Assembly: GCF_009914755.1 (NCBI RefSeq)
Contig: NC_060935.1
Length of the DNA stretch: 64,000 bases
Direction: 5' to 3' (one strand)
Source: the human T2T-CHM13v2.0 reference genome, Homo sapiens
The position numbers were made by a program, and so were the translations under genes. The notes beneath the pieces are model-generated. The model was not told the origin of the DNA. It was given only the letters and a program-made list of their open reading frames with translations, and did no database searches. This document shows, piece after piece, positions 54,547 through 64,000 of the stretch (within the stretch, counting starts at the first letter, position 1; each line of letters starts with the position of its first letter).

Positions 54547-55259
54547 GGGATGGGGAGTGTTGCCCCCATCTCTACAGCACACACAGCCCTGGACTGTCCA
54601 AATGGGTCCCCCAAATGCACTGGGTGCACCATGGTTCTGATTGGAGGAGAGATGAGTCTACTGCCCATCTCTGGGGCTGGCGTGCATCTCAGGGAGGTCT
54701 GAGATTCTTCAACTAGGCTGTTGACCATACAGTCACGTGGTGGCATCATTTTGTTGTGTTTTTTTTGTTTTTTTTTAATGAGATGTCAGGTTTGGAAAAG
54801 AAGAAGATGAACACATCAGATGCTTGAGTGATTTTAAGGGCAGACGCTTAGGCAAATGCCTGTTGGGAATCTTTGGCTCCCCCAGTCAGCCAATCAGCTC
54901 CTTCTCACTTATGAGCCAATGGAGCAAAGGAAGATGGAGTTGAGGAAAAAGGAGTCCCAAGGTCAGGAAGGAGAGAGAAGTCAGTTGAGGAGAAATGGAA
55001 CCTTGCTTCACCTTAGAGCATTTGCATCATGGTGGTATTGTGTCCCACACCAACCTGCTGGGGCTGCCACAGGGAGCAGGGAGAGAGGGGAGAAAGTAGC
55101 TGAGATTCTGCTTCCTCCCAGCCTCCACTCTTACCCTGGAGCCTCCCATTTGCTGAACGTACCCAGAAGCCAGAGGGCAAAGGACTCTGGGAAATGTAGT
55201 TCCCTTTGGCATGTGCACAGGCAGGGCAGGGTTAGCAAACCACTTACATACCCAGATGA

Positions 55260-55665
55260 TGGCTTACTCTTTTCCTTCAAGTGTCTGCCCAAGTGTCATC
55301 TGCTGGGAAATGCCTTCCTTGACACCAAACCACCCCCTCAACCCTGCCAACCTGGCCTGGCTCAGCACTCTCTATTCTTCTGCTAGCCTGCCTTTATTTT
55401 TCATTATAGAACTTAGTACCAGCTGATGTTGCTTTATGTATCTATTTATTGGATTGTCTGGTTCTATTTTTAATTGGATTATCTAGTTCTATTTTTTATT
55501 TATTATATTGTCTGGTTCTATTTTTTATTAATTGGATTGTCTGGTTCTGTTTTTATTTATTGTCTAGAATGCAAGCCCACAAGGGCAGGCCATCTGTCTG
55601 TCTTGCTCTCTGTCTTGCTCATTTGAGAACAGTACCTGGAACACAGTAGGTGCTCAACCACCATT
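55260..55665 (+). mobile_element. L2 3' fragment with internal ~27-bp tandem repeat (55445-55565)
   Basis: ctagaatgcaagcccacaagggcagg ... cagtacctggaacacagtaggtgctcaa; 4 copies of a ttggattgtctggttctattttt-like unit. Confidence 0.7.
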
Positions 55666-56969
55666 TCTGGGTAGATAGAATCTTCTCCCAGGTCTTCTCT
55701 TCTTTGGGTACATATCCTTAGTTTCTTCAGCCATTCCCCAGGACATGCTTTCTGGCTGGCCCCTGCACTGGCCGGCTTCTCCTGGCCCAGCCCTCTGGGC
55801 AAGGCAGGACTGATGGTGAGGGCAGTCCCAAGGTGCCAGCACATCCTGCCTTGAATCCAGTGGCCAAGTGGCCATCAACAGACACAGGCTTAACTCAGCT
55901 TCTCTGCAGCTAGTTGAGCTCTCGGTTCTGTTCCATGTGCAGCTCATTGAGCGCTGGGCTCCAGGCCAGTTACCAGGGAGGAGAATGTGGGCATCACTCT
56001 TGAGGGGTTAACAGGTCATTGTAAGAGCCAGACACAGATGCATTCTCTACTTCTGAGGACAGTCCTGGGGCCAAGGCTTATTGAGCGATCCATATGGGCC
56101 TGGGGGCCTTTCTAAGAACATTCCATGCATCCCTTCATCTGCTCTTCACAGACATCCTTCAGGAAGGGGCTGTCATCATCCCTGGGCTTCAGAGAGGCAA
56201 AGCAACTTGCTCCCACCCTTGAGCTGGTCAATGGGCATCTGGGGTGCAGACCTGGTTGATCTGACTGGGGGGCCCTCATCCCTTCACCCCTAGGCAAGCT
56301 GTCTTCTGGGCACTGCCAGGCTGAATAGGCAGATGCCCACTACAGAGGGTCAAAGACCTGTGGGGACATAGGATGGGTGGGGAATTCTGCCCTGGTGACA
56401 CTGAACTCAGCCTTGAGGCTGCAGAATGTGTTGTGGTGGTGGAAGGTGGGGGGCTTCCATCTGGGGGCAGGGCTGAGGACCTTGTGTAGGGTGGGACTGG
56501 GGAGGGTGGGTTTGGAGAGCTGGGCTGCTGGAGGAGGGGGATGCCTGGTTGCTGGATCCTGACTGCTTTCAGGAGAAATGAGCTCTTGCTTGCAAAGAAA
56601 CATCTGTTTGGAGCGCTGTGTGCCTAGATGTTTTTACGCATGCCACACAGAATGCGGGAGAGCCTGACTCCACATTCTCTACGTATTTATTGCAAAATAA
56701 CCTTATCCTAAGAATAACAGGAAAAATTTCACCCACATTCCCAGTACCCTGACAAATCAACTGTCTACATTTTTCCCGTTCCCCTCCGGGCCACACGCTT
56801 GTGCGGACATGACTTTGAAGCCACAGTCAAAGAGCAATTGTGTTTGTGCATTCATTTGTTCAGCAAAGACATTTCCCAAGTACCTATCTCCTCTGTATCA
56901 GGAAACTGGCTCCTAAAACGAATGGCCTATATTTTCCTTTAGAGTTTTACCACCTATGTAAATATCCTT

Positions 56970-57410
56970 TATTAATCAGGGTATATTAACTGTTTTAACA
57001 AGCAACCCACTAATTGTAGCACCCTAATTCAATACATGTGTATCTCTTGTTCATGACAGTGCAGGGCAGGTTGGGTTGGGCTCTGCTCCATGCAGCCATG
57101 CAGGGACCCAGGCCTTTTTTTCTGAATGGCTCTGCCATCCCCTACAGCCATGGAGTCCTCCATTTGGTGCACTGCATTGGATCGGCAGAGGAGCAAACAG
57201 AGAGAAGGAGCAGACTGGATTGTGTAGGAAGCTTTTTTCGGCAGGCCTGGAGGTAGTAAACATCACTTCCATCACATTCTACTGGATGGAACACAGACAT
57301 GTACCTGTACCTACCTGCAAGGGAGGCTGGGAAATGCAGTCCAGCTGAGTGCCCAGGAATGGGGGAGGAACAGGTTTGGTGATCATCTGGCCAGCATCTA
57401 CAAGCTTACA
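56970..57410 (-). mobile_element. Old MLT1-type MaLR LTR
   Basis: gcaggcctggaggtagtaaacatcacttcc...cctacctgcaagggaggctgggaaatgcagtcc. Confidence 0.6.
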
Positions 57411-57994
57411 ACACATTGTTTAGTTCTAAAAAATTGAAGGAAGCACAAAACAAATTGTGTAAGGAAATGGCAATGTTGTCACCAAGAGTTGAAAGCTCCC
57501 AAAAAAATATAAAACACAAAGGCCAGCTGAGTTCTGGCAAACTCAGGGCAGCAAGCCAGGCTCTGCCCCTCTCTGAGAGAATTGAAGGTCAGACTGTCAA
57601 TGGGCAAAGGCATGAGTGAGCCCTGGGAAACTGAGGTCTCACGATAGCTGGGCTATCTGATGAGGCTGACCTCTGGGATCATGGCAGAAGGATGGCTAAA
57701 GAGAGCAGGTTGCTTTGCATCATCTGCTTCTAAGCTCACCGTGGCCAATTCCTGCTCTCAAGAATAGATCAAAGTTCTCAACTGGTGGAGGCAGCCCAGC
57801 AGGAGAAAGAGCAGGAACTTTGCCAGCCCCTGGTCAACATAAGCCAAGCGAAGATAAGATCCTCACCCCATACTCTGTCCTCAGGTCAAAAGGGGGCACA
57901 GTGGCAGCAGAAATCTTGTCACATGGCTGTCATCTGTAACGGCAGCGTTCTATGTGGAGTGCGTCACGGCCATCAGTGATCTTCTGGGGGACTG

Positions 57995-58868
<874 letters not shown>

Positions 58869-58995
58869 TGTCCTTATTTCTCCTCCTCATTCTTGCCATC
58901 CATCCTCTCCTCTTTTCCTTCCTCCCTCTTGCCCCCTCTCTCTTTTCTTCTCTATCTCTTTCTAATCCCCTTTCCCTCTCTTCTTTTTTTTTTTT

Positions 58996-59463
<468 letters not shown>

Positions 59464-59859
59464 TTAAGAATGGAGCTTGGCCACCATACCCTTCGTTGTA
59501 GGATGATATGGGATATTTTTTGAGGTTCCCTTGAGTTGTGGGATTTATAAGGGCAACTGCAATGAGTTCCAAGGCCCGGAATTCCAAGTTCTGGGTGCAT
59601 TCAATGTCAGATGGTCACTAGGCCATGGCACTTAGGAATGCTTCTAGGTTATATCTTTTTTCTTAAAGAGAAAAAAGAAAGGCCTCTCTGCTGGGGCTCC
59701 CTCACTGACCTGTACTGTGAATTCTCTGAAGCCTCTGTCTGCACCCCAGTCCTTGCCCCCAACCCTCCCGATGTCCTGCATCCATTCCTGCTGACTCCAC
59801 TTTAAAGCACCCTGGTTTGTGGCCCAGAGCTCTCCCTGGCTATAGTGGCCTCTTTTTTT

Positions 59860-60887
<1,028 letters not shown>

Positions 60888-61174
60888 TAAAGTGCATATT
60901 CAATACCAGTCCCATAAAGAATCCCTTGCCAGGGATTAGCGACATATTATTTCTTCTGGAAGCCTTCCCTGGCCCCAGGCTGGGTTAGGTGACCTCCTTG
61001 GGGCCCCCACAGCCCTGTGCACCCGCCCCTGTCACACATCTTGTACTATCATCACCTGCTTGAGTTTTCCTCTGGTCTGTGAGCTCCCTGTGGACTGAAA
61101 TGGAGTCTTATTGTTAAAATCTTGTTGTATAGCACAGATATGGTACAAAAAAGGCACCCAAATATCTATCTGTT

Positions 61175-61477
61175 GGAGGGAAAGAAAGAAGGAGGGCGGG
61201 GAGGGAGGCAAAGAGGAAGGAGGGAACAAAGGGAGAACAGAAGGAAGAAAGAAGAAAGAGCAGGGAAGGGAGGAGAGAGGGGAAGGGAAGGGAGGAGGGA
61301 TGGAAGGAACAGAGAAAAAGGAGGTAAGAGAGGAAAGGAAGAAAGGAAAGCAGGGAGGGAGGGCTGGAAGGAGGGAATTTAAAAAAAGAGGGAAGGAGGG
61401 GAAGGAAGGAGGGAAGGTGGGCAGAAGAGAAGGAAGGAGGGTAGGTGGGGAGAAGAGAAGGAAGGAGGGAAGGAGGG
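61175..61477. repeat. GA-rich polypurine low-complexity tract
   Basis: ~300 bp of GGAA/GAGG-type motifs directly after an L2-like end. Confidence 0.9.
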
Positions 61478-63344
61478 CTGGATGGGCAGCACCTCGGGGC
61501 AGGCCTTGTGTGAGCCTCGGTGCAGCGCTCCTGGCCACCTGTGCACACAGACACACGATCCCATGGGAGCTGGTGCCCAGCACTGCTGTGTGTAAACAGA
61601 GCCTGGCCCCTTCTTCCAACGCTGGCCTTTGCCTCCCGGTGGAAACCCAAGCTCCAGCCTGGGACAAGGGTTGGCAGATGTCTGTGAACAGGGCTGTCTG
61701 CCTTTGCCGATAAGAGTCCTCAGACAATGGAGTGGCCTGGCTGGGAACTCCCTCCGTGCAGAGACTTTGACAGACCCAGGTCCCTACTCTCCCACCTCTT
61801 GGAGCCATCTCTGCGAGCCTGTGCCTTCTGCCTTCCCCTGAGGCCCCAGCACCAGTTCCAGTTCCCCTCCTGTCCAAGCCCATTGCTGATGGGTGATGAT
61901 CAGGGCCTCCACCTTGCACAGCGTGGGCCAGGAGCTGGCCCGTGTGGTCTCTTTGTTCACGCATGGCCTCATGACAGCCTGGTGTGAGGCTTTCCTCCAA
62001 AGCACCCCTGAAAGGTGGAGACACTGAAGCCAAGGAGGTCAAAGAGCAGCCTCAGTCCCTAGTGTCTCTGCCGTGAGGGCAACCGGACCCAGATGTGGCT
62101 GCAGTTCTGAGCCCATCAGCATCCCCCTCACTGTGCATGCTCTGAAGGCAGGCGTGGGCACTTGCAGGGCACGTGGCACCTCAGAGAGAGCCCATCCCGA
62201 CAACTCACTTGCACTTAGTGTCCTTGGATACTGATTCTGTGAGGACCGTCCTCTCTCCTGGAGACCGACCACAGAAGAGAATGCTAACATATTGAGTGCC
62301 CTACAGACCAACTTGTCTAATCCTTATCATCACCGTGGCCAGCATCACCTCCAGGGTGTAAGTGAAGGCATCAAGGTGGCTTTCCGAGGTCCAGGCGGCC
62401 GCAGTGTGTGGAGATGGGCCTACCTGGTGCTACCCTTCTGGTTTCCTTCCCTCCGTGTCTGGACCTGTGGGAAGTGTCTCTCCCTTGGATAGCAGGAGAG
62501 GTGGAAAAGACCCCAGGGATGTCTGTCCTGTTCTCTTCTCAGTGCGCCCGCATAATTGGTCTGCACTTTCCCTGCCAGGCCTCAAATGGGAGAATCAGAT
62601 CAACAACCGAGAATCCTCTAGCTCGGGCGAGACCCCGTGGCTGCAGCCGTACACACTAGCCGTTCACAAGGCCATCACACTCTAGGTCTTGGTTCAGAGG
62701 CTACTTCTTTCAAAGGGGATGCATTCATAAGGGCCCCTTATCTGTGCCCTCCCTGGCTGTGCTCCTTCCCCTTTTCCTTCCTCTAACAGCCACTGTGAAA
62801 GCCCAACCACAGGCTCTGGAGCAGATCCACACGGGACTCAAGAAGGAAGCTTGTCTTTCTCTTGCTGGTGCAGTTTTCACCTAGCACCTTTCCCAGAACT
62901 CCCCACCCCAACTCCACACAGAGGGGCACCGAGTCTCATGACCAGCAGCATGAATGCACACAAGGCTGGAGGGAAGGCCGGGGGATCTATTTCCAGTGTT
63001 GTCACTGAGCCGGTTTTAAAAATGAGGGGGAGATGAAGAGGCTTGTTCTCACTGTGGCCGCAATAACGCTGCATAACACACCATTCTCAAGCTCAGAGGC
63101 ATGCAGCAATCAGAATTTATGTCCTGTGTGGGTCTGTTTGGCTGAAGTGGCTCAGCTCCAAGGGACAGGTCTGTGGGTTGGTTGGGGTTTGGCTGATCTA
63201 GGCTGGGCTTGGTTGGGTTTGGCTCTGGGCCACGGCATGGTCCATGTGTCCCCTCTTCCTGAGACCAGCAGGCTCCCTGGGTGTGATCTTCTCACAGCAC
63301 TGGTTGAAGTGCAGGGGAGCAAGCCCAGTCCCAAACCCTCTTTC

Positions 63345-63653
63345 TTTTTTTTCTTTTTTGTTTTTTTTTGAGATGGAGTCTTTCTCTGTCACCCAGGCTG
63401 GAGTACAGAGGGGCAATCTTGGCTTACTGCAACCTCTGCCTCCTGAATTTAAGCAATCCATCTGCCTCAGCCTCCTGAGTAACTGGGATTACAGGCACCC
63501 ACCACCATGCCTGGCTAATTTTTGTATTTTTAGTAGAGTCAGCGTTTCCCCCCATGTTGGCCAGGCTGGTCTCGAGCTCCTGACCTCAAGTGATCCACTG
63601 GCCTCGGCCTCCCAAAGTGCTGGGATTACAGGCATGAGCCACCACACCCGGCC
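63345..63653 (-). mobile_element. AluS inserted in an old MLT1 LTR (~63040-63780)
   Basis: TSD aaaccctctttc at 63333-63344 and 63657-63668; MLT1-like flanks (gggttttggctgatctaggctgggcttgg; aagtcatgtggcaaagagtatggat). Confidence 0.9.
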
Positions 63654-64000
63654 ACAAAACCCTCTTTCCAACCTTATTTGCCCCTATCAGCAAACTCACC
63701 TGGTTCAAGATGAGTCCCATGGCCAAGCCATGCCTGTGGGGAAACTGTAAAGTCATGTGGCAAAGAGTATGGATAAGGGGCAGCCTATAGGATAGGCGCC
63801 ATGTTGCCATCTGGGGCTTTCCAATGGCTTCGAGCTGAACTCTGCCCTGAGCTGAACTCTGCCCTGATTGAAGTGTGCTTGTTGGTGGAGAGAGGATTGG
63901 GTCTATGGATGCTGGAAATGGTGGATTTGGGTTCAAGGCCTGGTCTGGTCACTTCCAAGCTGTGGGAGCCTGGGCGAAGCTTGTCTGAGCCACAGTTTCC

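Noticed and set aside
61032-62042. 336-aa and overlapping Pro/Ser/Phe-rich or Lys/Glu/Gly-rich ORFs
   Set aside because: Driven by the GA-rich low-complexity tract.

Overview
Human (primate) genomic DNA: GC-rich unique stretches alternate with dense, nested transposable-element clusters. The only protein-coding region I can support is a 51-codon ORF at 40176-40331 (+) that I recognise as SMIM38, a single-pass membrane microprotein. From recall, not checked, this places the window at chr11q13.3 between TPCN2 and MYEOV. A CpG-rich promoter-like segment with a strong CTCF-type motif precedes the ORF. The rest is Alu, L1, L2/MIR, MaLR/ERV LTRs (THE1, MSTA, MLT1, MLT2, LTR12, MER74, MER21, MER65), DNA-transposon fossils (Tigger2a/MER28, MER47, MER33, MER20, MER44, a piggyBac-derived MER85) and tandem or low-complexity repeats. 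Nearly all other ORFs in the track are spurious. I found no convincing new multi-gene system. The best leads are: a C-terminal KxKxx ER-retrieval motif on SMIM38, with an in-frame upstream ATG and a uORF; an ~80-bp inverted duplication bracketing an MLT2A LTR; a MER85 retaining the CSB-PGBD3 palindrome; a ~490-bp polypurine expansion inside a Tigger2a; an LTR12 inserted into a 29-bp minisatellite; fold-back insertions in two adjacent Alus; and a tail-only retroinsertion. Repeat subfamily names come from recalled consensus sequences and need RepeatMasker/Dfam confirmation.
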